In this document: positions 47,138 through 57,048 of the stretch, in pieces
How positions within the stretch are numbered: the stretch's first letter is position 1
How the letters are laid out: each line of letters begins with the position of its first letter
NCBI GenBank assembly: GCA_016186625.1
Contig: JACPLG010000008.1
Coordinates: 147,142-211,141 of the forward strand
Direction: 5' to 3'
Length of the DNA stretch: 64,000 bases
DNA from: Candidatus Levyibacteriota bacterium
Lineage (GTDB): Bacteria; Patescibacteriota; Microgenomatia; Levybacterales; UBA12049
Made by a program: the position numbers and the translations under genes
Notes under the pieces: generated by a model
Told to the model about the DNA's origin: nothing
The model's input: only the letters and a program-made list of their open reading frames with translations
Database searches by the model: none

Positions 47138-49402
47138 ATGCCTCAAGGAAATGTTGTTTGGTTTGATCAGGTAGACAAGGATGATGTTGGTTTAGTAGGT
47201 GGAAAAGGAGCTAATCTTGGCGAAATGACCAAAGCAGACTTTCCTGTTCCTCCCGGCTTCATTGTAACTTCCCATGCTTTCTTTGATTTTATTAAGGAAA
47301 ACAATCTTGAGCGGAAAATAAAGCATCTTTTAAATACACTTGACTTAAAAAATCCCCACTCTCTAAAACAAGTCTCGGAAATGATACAAAAGCTTATTGT
47401 TGCTTCCGACCTTTCAGATGAGCTAAAAAAGGGAATTTACCTTTCATATAAAACTTTGGGAGGAGTGCTTAAAGACCCTCTTGTTGCCGTTCGCTCCTCC
47501 GCAACAGCCGAAGATTTACCAAATGCTTCCTTTGCCGGACAGCAGGAAACTTTCTTAAACGTAAGAGGAGAAGCAAATTTAATTATTAAAATTAAAGAAT
47601 GCTGGGCGTCTTTGTATGAAGAGCGGGCAATTTTCTATAGGCACGAAAATAAATACGACAACATTAAAATCGGGATTGCTGTACCTGTGCAAAAAATGGT
47701 GGAATCGGAAAAGTCAGGCGTTATGTTTACAATTGATCCTGTTACCAATGACAAAACAAAAATAATAATAGAAGCAGTTTATGGCCTCGGAGAAATGATC
47801 GTTCAAGGAATCGTAAAACCAGACCATTATGAAGTAAACAAGTCAACAGATAAAATAATTCTTAAGGAAGTATCTTCTCAGGACAAAATGCTTAAGAAAG
47901 CAGGAGGAACAAATAAAGTTGTTAATGTTTCATTTTTGTCGAGAAGGAAACAAAAAATTTCAGACTCGGAAATCTTGGAACTTTATAAACTCGGTAAAAA
48001 ACTGGAAAGACACTATTACTTCCCCCAAGATGTGGAGTGGGCAATTGAAAATGGTACTGTTTATCTTGTGCAAACAAGACCCATCACGACAATAAGACCT
48101 AAAAAGGAAACGCAAAAAACTGAAAAAGTAAGCTTTGGAGAACTTATATTAAAAGGAGACGGTGCGAGCCCCGGAATTGTTACGGGTCACGTAAGAATTA
48201 TAAAAAACGCTTCGCAAATTGGAAGTGTTGAACCGGGAGAAGTTCTTGTTGCGCCCCAGACAAATCCAGACTACGTTCCTGCCATGAAAAAAGCATCGGC
48301 AATAGTCACCGATTCGGGAGGCAGAACTTCCCATGCAGCGATTGTTTCAAGAGAACTTGGAATTCCGGCAGTAGTAGGAGCGCAAACGGCTACAAAAGCA
48401 CTTAAGAACGGTGAGGTTATTACGGTTAACGGCGAAACAGGAGAAATTTTTAAAGGCGGAGACCTCACGCTCTCAACCCGGGCCGGCGAAACCTTTCCGG
48501 AAGAGGAGGAAATAAAAACAGCAACAAAAGTTTATATGAATCTTGCGGAGCCGGAGCTTGCATTAAAACAATCGCAAAGAAAAGCTGACGGCGTAGGACT
48601 TCTCCGAGCCGAGTTTATGATGGCAGGTATCGGAACCCACCCTAAAAAAATGATAAGAGACGGAAAAAAAAGCGTTTTCGTACGAGAGCTTGCGCAAAAC
48701 CTCGAAAAATTCTGCGATGCGTTTAGTCCCCGACCAGTTGTATATAGAGCTTCCGATTTTAAAACCAATGAATACAGAAATCTTACCGGAGGGAAAGAAT
48801 TTGAGCCCGTTGAGCCAAATCCAATGCTGGGATACAGGGGTGCTTTCCGCTACATTCACGACCCGAAAGTCTTTGAAATGGAACTAGATGCCATAAAGTA
48901 CGTCAGAAATAAAAAGGGTTTTAAAAATTTGTGGCTGATGGTGCCATTTGTCAGGAGTCCGAAAGAGCTCGTTGGTGTGCGGAAAATAATTTCTGAGTCT
49001 GGTCTTATCCGTTCTTCCACTTTTAAACTCTGGATGATGGTTGAAATTCCAAGTAACGTTATAATTCTTGAAAAATTTATTGAAGTTGGAATTGACGGAG
49101 TTTCAATAGGTACTAATGATTTAACAATGCTCATACTTGGAACCGATAGAGATAACAGTGAAGTTGCTCACGAGTTTGACGAAAGAGATGAGGCTGTTCT
49201 TTGGGCAGTTGAACGGACGATTAAAACCGCCGGAAAAATGGGCGTTACATCCTCGATATGCGGACAGGCTGCATCGTATCCAGAAATCTTAGAAACTGCA
49301 ATCAGGTCTGGCGTAACAAGCGTTTCAGTCAGCCCCGATTTGGTTGGTGCGGTTAGGAAGATCATTGCCGAAAAGGAAGAAAGAATATTTGAAAAACACT
49401 AA
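47138..49402 (+). CDS. ppsA: Phosphoenolpyruvate synthase
   Basis: VGGKGANLGE, AVRSSATAEDL..ASFAGQQET, GGRTSHAAIVSRE, SIGTNDL, SICGQ. Confidence 0.96.
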   Translation: MPQGNVVWFDQVDKDDVGLVGGKGANLGEMTKADFPVPPGFIVTSHAFFDFIKENNLERKIKHLLNTLDLKNPHSLKQVSEMIQKLIVASDLSDELKKGIYLSYKTLGGVLKDPLVAVRSSATAEDLPNASFAGQQETFLNVRGEANLIIKIKECWASLYEERAIFYRHENKYDNIKIGIAVPVQKMVESEKSGVMFTIDPVTNDKTKIIIEAVYGLGEMIVQGIVKPDHYEVNKSTDKIILKEVSSQDKMLKKAGGTNKVVNVSFLSRRKQKISDSEILELYKLGKKLERHYYFPQDVEWAIENGTVYLVQTRPITTIRPKKETQKTEKVSFGELILKGDGASPGIVTGHVRIIKNASQIGSVEPGEVLVAPQTNPDYVPAMKKASAIVTDSGGRTSHAAIVSRELGIPAVVGAQTATKALKNGEVITVNGETGEIFKGGDLTLSTRAGETFPEEEEIKTATKVYMNLAEPELALKQSQRKADGVGLLRAEFMMAGIGTHPKKMIRDGKKSVFVRELAQNLEKFCDAFSPRPVVYRASDFKTNEYRNLTGGKEFEPVEPNPMLGYRGAFRYIHDPKVFEMELDAIKYVRNKKGFKNLWLMVPFVRSPKELVGVRKIISESGLIRSSTFKLWMMVEIPSNVIILEKFIEVGIDGVSIGTNDLTMLILGTDRDNSEVAHEFDERDEAVLWAVERTIKTAGKMGVTSSICGQAASYPEILETAIRSGVTSVSVSPDLVGAVRKIIAEKEERIFEKH

Positions 49403-50664
49403 TGAAAATCAAACAAATTTTCGCCCGAGAAATATTAAATTCTAAAGGTTTTCCTACAGTTGAGACAACTGTAATTCTTGAAAATGGGATTTCCGAAACC
49501 TCATCCTGCCCAACCGGCACATCTGTTAGTAAATATGAAGCAGTTGAGCTTCGTGACAATGATCCGCAAAGATTTAACGGCTTTGGAGTTTTAAAAGCTG
49601 TTAATAATGTTTTAAACGTCATTGCGCCAAAACTTATTGGAAAAGATGTAGAAAACCAAGCAGAAATTGACAATACGCTAATAAGTCTTGATAGTAGTTC
49701 ACAAAAATCAAATCTAGGTGCAAATTCAATACTTCCTGTATCTATGGCCGTAGCTAAAACTGCAGCAAAAAATTTAAACATGCCCTTATTTGCATATCTG
49801 AGACATTATACGAGCCTTAGTAACGCTCAATTTAAGATTCCCACCCCAGCATTTAATATTATAAACGGCGGAAAACACGCAGGAAATAATCTTGATTTTC
49901 AGGAATTTTTGCTCATTCCCGCATCATCAATTCCCTATCAGGATGCTCTAAACATGGTTGTTACGATTTACCACTATCTTAAAAAAAGCTTAAAGGATAA
50001 AGGGGCTTCGACTCTTGTTGGAGATGAAGGAGGATTTGGTCCTAGCCTTAGAACAAATAGGGATGCTTTGATAATGTTAAGTGAGGCCATTGGAGAAACC
50101 GGCTATAGAATTTCCTATGATGTTTTTCTTGGAATTGATGCATCGGCAAATAATTTTCGGCAGGATGGAGCTTATATTATTAAAGACAAGGAAGGAAACT
50201 TAACATCAGAGGAACTAATAACAGTATACGAAGGGTTAAATGAAGAATATAACCTTTTCTATCTTGAAGATCCTCTTTCAGAAGATGACTGGGACGGTTG
50301 GGAAAAATTAAATAATGTCATTTCAAAAAATACGGTTATTATTGGAGACGACTTAATTGCAACCAATTTCAACAGGCTTCAAACCGCAATTAGCAAAAAT
50401 GCAATAGGTGGAGTAATCATAAAACCAAATCAGATTGGGACAGTTATAGAAGCACTGGCAGTAGTTGAGGCTGCAAGGCAATATGGACTTAAAATTATAG
50501 TATCTCATAGGTCTGGAGAAACAAATGATGATTTTATTGCGGACTTTGCTGTAGGGGTTGGTGCCGATTACGCTAAGTTGGGAGCGCCAACAAGAGGTGA
50601 GCGTGTTGCAAAATACAACAGACTTTTGGAAATTGAAAACCTAATCAGAGGATCTTCGGGCTAA
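49402..50664 (+). CDS. eno: Enolase
   Basis: EAVELRD, NIINGGKHA, DFQEF, GDEGG, IKPNQIG, SHRSGET, GERVAKYNRLLEIE. Confidence 0.96.
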   Translation: MKIKQIFAREILNSKGFPTVETTVILENGISETSSCPTGTSVSKYEAVELRDNDPQRFNGFGVLKAVNNVLNVIAPKLIGKDVENQAEIDNTLISLDSSSQKSNLGANSILPVSMAVAKTAAKNLNMPLFAYLRHYTSLSNAQFKIPTPAFNIINGGKHAGNNLDFQEFLLIPASSIPYQDALNMVVTIYHYLKKSLKDKGASTLVGDEGGFGPSLRTNRDALIMLSEAIGETGYRISYDVFLGIDASANNFRQDGAYIIKDKEGNLTSEELITVYEGLNEEYNLFYLEDPLSEDDWDGWEKLNNVISKNTVIIGDDLIATNFNRLQTAISKNAIGGVIIKPNQIGTVIEALAVVEAARQYGLKIIVSHRSGETNDDFIADFAVGVGADYAKLGAPTRGERVAKYNRLLEIENLIRGSSG

Positions 50665-51340
50665 ATAAGATAACAAATTCTCCGCGGACAGCTTCAGTTT
50701 CGTATTTTTTCTTCAAGTTTTCAACATTATCATTTATTCTTTCTTCATGAATTTTGGTAAGCTCTCGCATTAGAGTTATTTCCAAATTGCCAAAAACTTC
50801 CTGCAAGCTTTTTAAAGTTTTGACAAGTTTGTGAGGGGCTTCATAAATAACTGCTGTTGCCTCCAAGTTACTGTTTGCTTCTTTAAGATTCCTAAGTAGC
50901 TTAAGCCTTTTCCCCTCTTTTTTTGGTAAAAATCCTAAAAAAATAAATTTGTCGGTTGGAAGCCCTGAAGAGACTAGAGCTGACACCACGGCTGAAGGGC
51001 CAGGAATAGAAATGACATTAATTCCCTCTTCCAATGCTAAGCGAACAAGCCTAAAACCCGGATCGGAAATTCCCGGCGTCCCGGAATCAGAGATAAGAGC
51101 TAGGTCTTGCCCGTTTTTTAAAATATTTAAAATATTAGGAATTCTTGCCATTTCTACCTGCTCATAGTAAGAAACTAGCATATGGTGATTCTCAATTCCT
51201 AAACTTTTTAGAAGCGTGCCGGTCTTTCTTGTGTCCTCACAGGCGATGTAGTTCACCTTTTTCAAAATATTGATTGCTCGCAATGTTATGTCTTGCAAGT
51301 TTCCAATAGGCGTTGCTACAATGAAAAGAGTGCCAAACAT
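50645..51340 (-). CDS. rsmI: 16S rRNA (cytidine1402-2'-O)-methyltransferase
   Basis: VATPIGNLQDITLRA, CEDTR, SDSGTPGISDPG, RELTKIHE. Confidence 0.96.
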   Translation of the reverse strand: MFGTLFIVATPIGNLQDITLRAINILKKVNYIACEDTRKTGTLLKSLGIENHHMLVSYYEQVEMARIPNILNILKNGQDLALISDSGTPGISDPGFRLVRLALEEGINVISIPGPSAVVSALVSSGLPTDKFIFLGFLPKKEGKRLKLLRNLKEANSNLEATAVIYEAPHKLVKTLKSLQEVFGNLEITLMRELTKIHEERINDNVENLKKKYETEAVRGEFVILFSPKIL

Positions 51341-51389
51341 GGTTATAATGATTGAATTGTTAAATGGTCTTTAGCCATTTTTTTCTTTT

Positions 51390-52028
51390 ATGCATCAAAT
51401 TGTTGAAATTCTAACAAGCTTAATTATACAGTTTATAGAAGGGACTGGCTACATGGGTATTTTTATCCTAATGACCTTGGAATCCGCTCTTATACCGCTT
51501 CCCTCGGAAATTACAATGCCTTTTTCTGGATTTCTTGTACAGCAGGGCAAACTCAATTTTTGGCTAGTTGTTTTGGCTGGTACATTTGGTAATCTGGTCG
51601 GTTCTTTAATTGCTTATGGAATTGGTTATTATCTTGAAGAACATGTAATTTTAAAGTGGATTAGAAAATGGGGCAAGCTCCTACTTCTTACAGAACATGA
51701 ATATGAGAGATCGCTTAGGTGGCTTAGAAAATACGGAGATGCTGTTGCTTTTTTCTCAAGACTACTTCCTGCTATTAGAACATTTATTTCCCTCCCAGCA
51801 GGTCTTTCAGAGATGAATGTTTGGAAATTTTCTTTCTATACATTTGTTGGTTCGCTCCTTTGGTCAATTGCCCTAACCTACATTGGTGTACGCTTCGGTT
51901 CCCAATGGGATAAGCTAGAGCCTTACTTCAGACAGTTCCAGATAGCGTTAGGAGCAATATTCGTAATCGGCCTACTCTGGTACATCAACCACAAGTTGAA
52001 GATCATCAAACTTCCAAAAATTCGCTAG
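51390..52028 (+). CDS. DedA family membrane protein
   Basis: LESALIPLPSE, FSRLLPAIRTFISLPAG. Confidence 0.93.
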   Translation: MHQIVEILTSLIIQFIEGTGYMGIFILMTLESALIPLPSEITMPFSGFLVQQGKLNFWLVVLAGTFGNLVGSLIAYGIGYYLEEHVILKWIRKWGKLLLLTEHEYERSLRWLRKYGDAVAFFSRLLPAIRTFISLPAGLSEMNVWKFSFYTFVGSLLWSIALTYIGVRFGSQWDKLEPYFRQFQIALGAIFVIGLLWYINHKLKIIKLPKIR

Positions 52029-52660
52029 TATGATTTGAAGCGGCGGACTATTCCTACAGCTATTCCTTGGATTTTGATCTGACTCGGATAAATTGGCTCC
52101 ATACTCGAATTAGCAGGCCTAAGTATTACCCTGTCCCCTTCTTTATAGAATTTCTTAAGAGTTGAAAGGCTGTCATCAACTAGGGCAACTACTATGTCCC
52201 CGTTGTTGGCTACATCTGATTTTTCAATCACCACAAAATCTCCATCCAATATCCCTTCTTCAATCATGGAGTCTCCTTTTACCTGAAGAACGTATGCTGT
52301 TTTTTTGCCGGATATCATAGAAGCTGAAATTTGAAATGTGGCATTTGGGTCTGTGTGAGGTTCAAGCGGTTTTCCTGCAGCAATAAACCCCATTAGCGGA
52401 AGCTCAATTGAAGGAGGTTGTCCTATTAATCCTTGAGCAGCTTTTTCATCAATAATTTTTAAAACCCTAGTATTTCCTTCAACTTTCTGGACATAACCTT
52501 TTTCAACAAGAGCTCTTATTATAGAGTGGACTGTTGAATTACTTTTGTGTCCCGTTGCATTGGAAATTTCCGAAAGAGTTGGAGAATATCCGTGAGTTTT
52601 TTGGAACTGAGCCAAAAACTCCAAAACATCCCTTTCTTTTCTATATAGTACTCCTGGCAT
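52025..52660 (-). CDS. lexA: SOS repressor LexA
   Basis: wHTH GYSPTLSEI, AAG cleavage site, VKGDSM, TLKK. Confidence 0.95.
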   Translation of the reverse strand: MPGVLYRKERDVLEFLAQFQKTHGYSPTLSEISNATGHKSNSTVHSIIRALVEKGYVQKVEGNTRVLKIIDEKAAQGLIGQPPSIELPLMGFIAAGKPLEPHTDPNATFQISASMISGKKTAYVLQVKGDSMIEEGILDGDFVVIEKSDVANNGDIVVALVDDSLSTLKKFYKEGDRVILRPANSSMEPIYPSQIKIQGIAVGIVRRFKSY

Positions 52661-52667
52661 ATTTATT

Positions 52668-52692
52668 CACACTGAGCTAAGTCGAATGTGTG
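52668..52692. repeat. Family C palindrome upstream of lexA
   Basis: cacactgagctaagtcgaatgtgtg. Confidence 0.6.
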
Positions 52693-52974
52693 TATATTTT
52701 ATACGAAAAAAAATAGAATTTTGCAAGAGGACGTAATGAATCAATCTATGTCAATTTTATAATTTTGTCATGTGTGATAAAATTAATGTTCGTATTTCCT
52801 CTCTCGAATAAATATAAAATAGTAAATATTAAAAATATATATAAAAATCAAAATCAAAATCACCAAGCGTTCTAGGGAATATTTGATATTTACTATGTAT
52901 ATTTGCTATTTGCTTTTTAATATTTGAAATTAATGACGCTGACAAATAATAAGTAGTAACGATAATTATTGTTT

Positions 52975-55005
52975 ATGGATTTTAAACTCGTATCAGACTT
53001 TGCGCCTGCCGGTGATCAACCACAGGCAATTGAAAAACTTACCAAAAGCATTGAGTCGGAAAACAGGCACTCTGTCCTTCTTGGTGTTACCGGTAGTGGA
53101 AAAACGTTTACAATGGCAAATGTAATTCAAAATCTCCAGCGTCCAACTCTAATTATTTCTCACAACAAAACATTGGCAGCCCAACTTTATCAGGAGTTTA
53201 GAGACTTTTTTCCGCAAAATACGGTAAGCTATTTTGTTTCATATTACGATTATTACCAGCCCGAGGCATATATGCCAACAACTGACACATATATTGAAAA
53301 AGAATCAGAAGTAAATGAGGAGATTGACAAGCTTAGACTTCTTGCTACAACTTCCCTCCTGACAAGAAAAGACGTTATAGTTGTTGCCTCAGTTTCTTGC
53401 ATCTATAATATCGGTTCTCCTTTTGAGTACAGAAAATTTGTAGCCTTACTTGAGATTGGGACAGAAACTGACCAGAAAGACATGATGCTTAAGCTTGCTG
53501 ATCTTCAATACTCAAGAAACGATTACTCATTCCAGCGAGGAACTTTTCGCTCCCGTGGTGAGTCAATTGATGTCTTCCCGGCTTACATGGACAACGGAAT
53601 CAGAATTGATATAGCAAACAATAAAATAATAGGTCTTGAAGAGTTTGATCCACTTTTAGGAAAGACGGTAAGTAAACTTGACCATGCAGTAATTTATCCT
53701 GCCAAGCATTATATGACAGATCCCAGGACTTATGGTGATGTGTTCAAACATATCCGAGCCGATATGGAAAAGAGAGAAAAAGAACTTAAAAAAAAAGGTA
53801 AGCTTCTGGAAGCACAGAGGATAAGGCAGCGGACAACATATGATCTAGAAATGATTCAAGAGCTTGGATTTGTTAACGGTATTGAAAACTATTCAAGGTA
53901 TTTTGACGGTAGAAAGCCCGGAGAACCTCCCCACACTCTTCTTGATTATATGGAAGAATGTTCAAGTAAGTGGCTTTGTTTTATTGACGAATCTCATATG
54001 AGCCTTCCTCAGATTCGGGGAATGTATAACGGGGACAGAGCTAGAAAACAAATGCTAATCGATTATGGTTTTAGGTTACCTTCAGCGCTTGATAATAGAC
54101 CTTTGCGCTTTGATGAATTTATGCAGCGTACTCATCAAATGGTTTATGTTTCGGCAACACCCGATGAATATGAAATATCTCTTGCCACAGAAGCACGCCT
54201 GCCAGCGCCTGAGCGCAGCGATGGCGGGCAGGAAAAAAATGCAATAGTTGAGCAGTTGGTGCGCCCAACCGGCTTAGTTGACCCAACTATAACCGTTAAA
54301 CAAACAAAAGGGCAAATTGAAGATCTTATATCTGAAATTGGCAAGCGAGTTAAGAAACACCAAAGAGTTTTGGTTACAACGCTAACAAAACGTATGTCTG
54401 AGGATTTGGCAACTTATTTATCAGAACGGGGAATCTTGGTGTCTTACCTTCATTCTGATATAGAAACGCTAGAGCGCCAGGATGAGCTTGATCGGTTGCG
54501 CTCAGGAAAATACGATGTTTTAGTCGGAATTAACCTTCTTAGGGAAGGATTGGACCTTCCGGAAGTTTCTCTTGTTACTATTTTAGACGCTGATAAAGAA
54601 GGGTTTTTGAGAAGTAGAACTTCACTCATTCAGATTATGGGACGAGCCGCAAGAAATGTTGATTCAGAAGTCATAATGTATGCAGATAACATTACGGGAT
54701 CAATGAAAGAGGCAATTGCAGAGGTTGAAAGGAGAAGAAAAGTGCAACTTAAATATAATAAAAAGCATAAAATTACTCCTAAATCCATACAAAAAGCTAT
54801 CAGGGCAAGATTGGTTGAAGAGATAGAAGAAGACCAGAAATCTGCGGATTTTCTTTTAAGGCTGCAGGAAAAAGAAGTCTTAATGCCGGATGAGAAAGAA
54901 AGGCTGGTTAAGCAGCTTCGTCAGCAAATGCTCCAAGCTGCAAAAGAACTAGACTTCGAAACCGCAGCAATTTTAAGAGATCAAATTAAGGTCCTAAGGC
55001 AATAG
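52975..55005 (+). CDS. uvrB: Excinuclease ABC subunit B
   Basis: PAGDQP, GVTGSGKT, YYDYYQPEAY, GINLLREGLDLPEVSLV, C-terminal UVR domain. Confidence 0.98.
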   Translation: MDFKLVSDFAPAGDQPQAIEKLTKSIESENRHSVLLGVTGSGKTFTMANVIQNLQRPTLIISHNKTLAAQLYQEFRDFFPQNTVSYFVSYYDYYQPEAYMPTTDTYIEKESEVNEEIDKLRLLATTSLLTRKDVIVVASVSCIYNIGSPFEYRKFVALLEIGTETDQKDMMLKLADLQYSRNDYSFQRGTFRSRGESIDVFPAYMDNGIRIDIANNKIIGLEEFDPLLGKTVSKLDHAVIYPAKHYMTDPRTYGDVFKHIRADMEKREKELKKKGKLLEAQRIRQRTTYDLEMIQELGFVNGIENYSRYFDGRKPGEPPHTLLDYMEECSSKWLCFIDESHMSLPQIRGMYNGDRARKQMLIDYGFRLPSALDNRPLRFDEFMQRTHQMVYVSATPDEYEISLATEARLPAPERSDGGQEKNAIVEQLVRPTGLVDPTITVKQTKGQIEDLISEIGKRVKKHQRVLVTTLTKRMSEDLATYLSERGILVSYLHSDIETLERQDELDRLRSGKYDVLVGINLLREGLDLPEVSLVTILDADKEGFLRSRTSLIQIMGRAARNVDSEVIMYADNITGSMKEAIAEVERRRKVQLKYNKKHKITPKSIQKAIRARLVEEIEEDQKSADFLLRLQEKEVLMPDEKERLVKQLRQQMLQAAKELDFETAAILRDQIKVLRQ

Positions 55006-55006
55006 C

Positions 55007-55044
55007 TTTACACCCCGGGTGTGAATTTACCTTTACACCCTAGG
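55007..55044. repeat. Palindromic repeat family B copy
   Basis: tttacaccccgggtgtgaatttacctttacaccctagg. Confidence 0.75.
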
Positions 55045-55052
55045 GAGACGAT

Positions 55053-56246
55053 TTATTTTAGGAGCCGATGCAAGGCCTTGTCTTTTTCGGATGGGGAGAT
55101 TTTGGATCTTCGAACTGCATGCTGGAGTATTCCAATTGTTTGATCATAAGTTGTGCGATCGATTGGATATGGAGTTACATCTTTACCCCCGTGGGCAAAA
55201 GAATAGCGGGCCGGATCTTGGTAAGATGGCTCTGCCCCATAAATTATTTCGCTAACTAAACTTAAAGCTCGAATTGTTTTTCCTCCGACTCCTTTTATAG
55301 AAAGTAAACTTTCAAAATCCTCTGGATTCTCATAAGTAACTCTTTGCAGAATCCTTTCAAGATATTTGCTTTTTGTGAAATCCTCCATCTCAACTGCATG
55401 ATGCTTAAACTCTACCCCATCAAACTCGGCAAATACAAACACTTGTTGCTGGTTTTTCAAGGCGTCCCCTTGAAAAGCTTGATATGGCGATGTTTTTAAT
55501 GCTATCATACGAGAGACTGCCCCCGAGTGTTTTCGAAGTAGCTCAATGTCTTTCATTAAAGTTTTATATCCTGATTCAACTAATTCAATTGAAATATCTT
55601 TATTCTTTTTACTCTTCTTATCAACTAAATTTCTGGTTGATTTCCTAAATAACTGAGATACAATTCCTTTGTGAGGTTCCTGCGTAAACTCAATATCGGC
55701 CGGATTATCACTATACCAGTGGTAACGGCGGGCAGTTGCATTCTGGGTATTCATTCCCTGTTGGACAACAGTCCAGGCGCCATTTTTACTAAAGAAAAAA
55801 GCGTGATGATAAAGAGTGTAATCGTCCTGAATTAGGGAACTATCTACCTTTGCAGACATTTTTGAGGAATAAACAAGGTTATTCGTTGTTTTTTCAGGCA
55901 AGCTCAAAACTCCTCCCCACTGCTCGATTTCGTCTGGAGTTTTTCTGCTAGTAGCTCCTTTTCCGCCAGCAATAAATACACCCAGTTCTAACTCTCTTCC
56001 GCGAATGGCCTCTTTTAAAGCTGCAGTTAAAATAGTCGTAAGACCTGAAGCATTCCAGTCAAACGCCAGGACTGTTCCCAAGGACTGAAACCACACCGGA
56101 TCAGCTACCCTTTTTATATATTCATCTGGCCCATACTCCTCAATTAAAACATCTGTCATGCTCCTGCCGAGCTTGACCATCCTCTCAAAGAGCCACGGAG
56201 GACATTTCCCAGCATCAAGTGTCATTGTTGCAATACCGCGTTTCAT
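55053..56246 (-). CDS. DUF763 domain protein
   Basis: PPWLFERM, DPVWFQSLG, DWNASGLTT, AKVD, DPARYSFAHGGKD; start moved to MKRGIA. Confidence 0.9.
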   Translation of the reverse strand: MKRGIATMTLDAGKCPPWLFERMVKLGRSMTDVLIEEYGPDEYIKRVADPVWFQSLGTVLAFDWNASGLTTILTAALKEAIRGRELELGVFIAGGKGATSRKTPDEIEQWGGVLSLPEKTTNNLVYSSKMSAKVDSSLIQDDYTLYHHAFFFSKNGAWTVVQQGMNTQNATARRYHWYSDNPADIEFTQEPHKGIVSQLFRKSTRNLVDKKSKKNKDISIELVESGYKTLMKDIELLRKHSGAVSRMIALKTSPYQAFQGDALKNQQQVFVFAEFDGVEFKHHAVEMEDFTKSKYLERILQRVTYENPEDFESLLSIKGVGGKTIRALSLVSEIIYGAEPSYQDPARYSFAHGGKDVTPYPIDRTTYDQTIGILQHAVRRSKISPSEKDKALHRLLK

Positions 56247-56275
56247 ATTTTGGAAAAGAATATTTAAACTCTTCC

Positions 56276-56296
56276 TTCCCACATGTCAAGTGGGAA
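56276..56296. repeat. Palindromic repeat family A copy
   Basis: ttcccacatgtcaagtgggaa. Confidence 0.85.
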
Positions 56297-56308
56297 CGCA
56301 ATTTATAA

Positions 56309-56674
56309 TCAAAAACCGCTAATGTTCTCTACATGCTCTATGTTACTCGCATCTCCAGAATAATCAAGCAGAACCGAAATTGCGTCTATTCTTAGGGACT
56401 GCGGAAGTTTCGGATTTAGGACTTTATAAAACTGGGCAGTTTTGACAAGGGAATGTAGTTTAAAAGGCGTAATTTGTTCAAAGGGTGCTCCAAACTGATA
56501 TGACGTTCTGGTCTTCACTTCAACGAAAACCAAGGTCCGACCTTGAAGCGCGATAATGTCAATTTCTCCGTAACCTTTGCGGAAATTCCTGTCAATTATT
56601 TTATAACCTCGTTTCCGCAGAAACTGTACGGCTAACTCTTCACCCAATTTGGCAGTGGGATTAGAGATTTTCAT
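56309..56674 (-). CDS. yraN: YraN family nuclease
   Basis: GEELA..FL...GY.II.RNF...GEIDIIA....LVFVEVKTR. Confidence 0.93.
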   Translation of the reverse strand: MKISNPTAKLGEELAVQFLRKRGYKIIDRNFRKGYGEIDIIALQGRTLVFVEVKTRTSYQFGAPFEQITPFKLHSLVKTAQFYKVLNPKLPQSLRIDAISVLLDYSGDASNIEHVENISGF

Positions 56675-56678
56675 CTTT

Positions 56679-56969
56679 TTACGGATTAAGCCTTGGGGAT
56701 TTAAGAAAATTAAGTTTTGCCCGCCTTATGTTCATTTTTGGTTTTGCTTTAAAATCTACTTTATCTACATTCGGGTTTCCTACGTGCCAAATTCTCTCCA
56801 CCGCAACATCACCTACGTGTTTTTGAACAGTATAGCTTTTATTTTCTCCGCGTCCTCTTATTTGAAGAACCTGACCCTCAAAAATCTGCGTCCTTGTCTT
56901 TTCTCCCTCTTTAATTTTAGTGTGAACCTTAACAATATCCCCAACCTTGAAATTAATTGAATTTAACAT
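56679..56969 (-). CDS. rplS: 50S ribosomal protein L19
   Basis: FKVGDIVKVHTKIKEGEKTRTQIFEG, VERI, RRAKL. Confidence 0.95.
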   Translation of the reverse strand: MLNSINFKVGDIVKVHTKIKEGEKTRTQIFEGQVLQIRGRGENKSYTVQKHVGDVAVERIWHVGNPNVDKVDFKAKPKMNIRRAKLNFLKSPRLNP

Positions 56970-57019
56970 AGCACCTAATTATAGCTGATAAAAATACTTT
57001 GTTCAATAATATTACCATT

Positions 57020-57043
57020 ACGGGTATACTAGTATATCCGTAA
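57020..57043. repeat. 24-bp palindrome identical to 8679-8702
   Basis: acgggtatactagtatatccgtaa. Confidence 0.85.
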
Positions 57044-57048
57044 AATCA

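Noticed and set aside
52693-52815. Possible LexA boxes between lexA and uvrB (TTCN-N7-TTCG-like)
   Set aside because: No convincing matching motif found by eye upstream of uvrA; needs multi-genome motif discovery.
52805-52930. AT-rich inverted low-complexity tract as a replication origin
   Set aside because: No DnaA-box cluster seen; resembles the degenerate heptamer inverted arrays at 8245 and ~62847.
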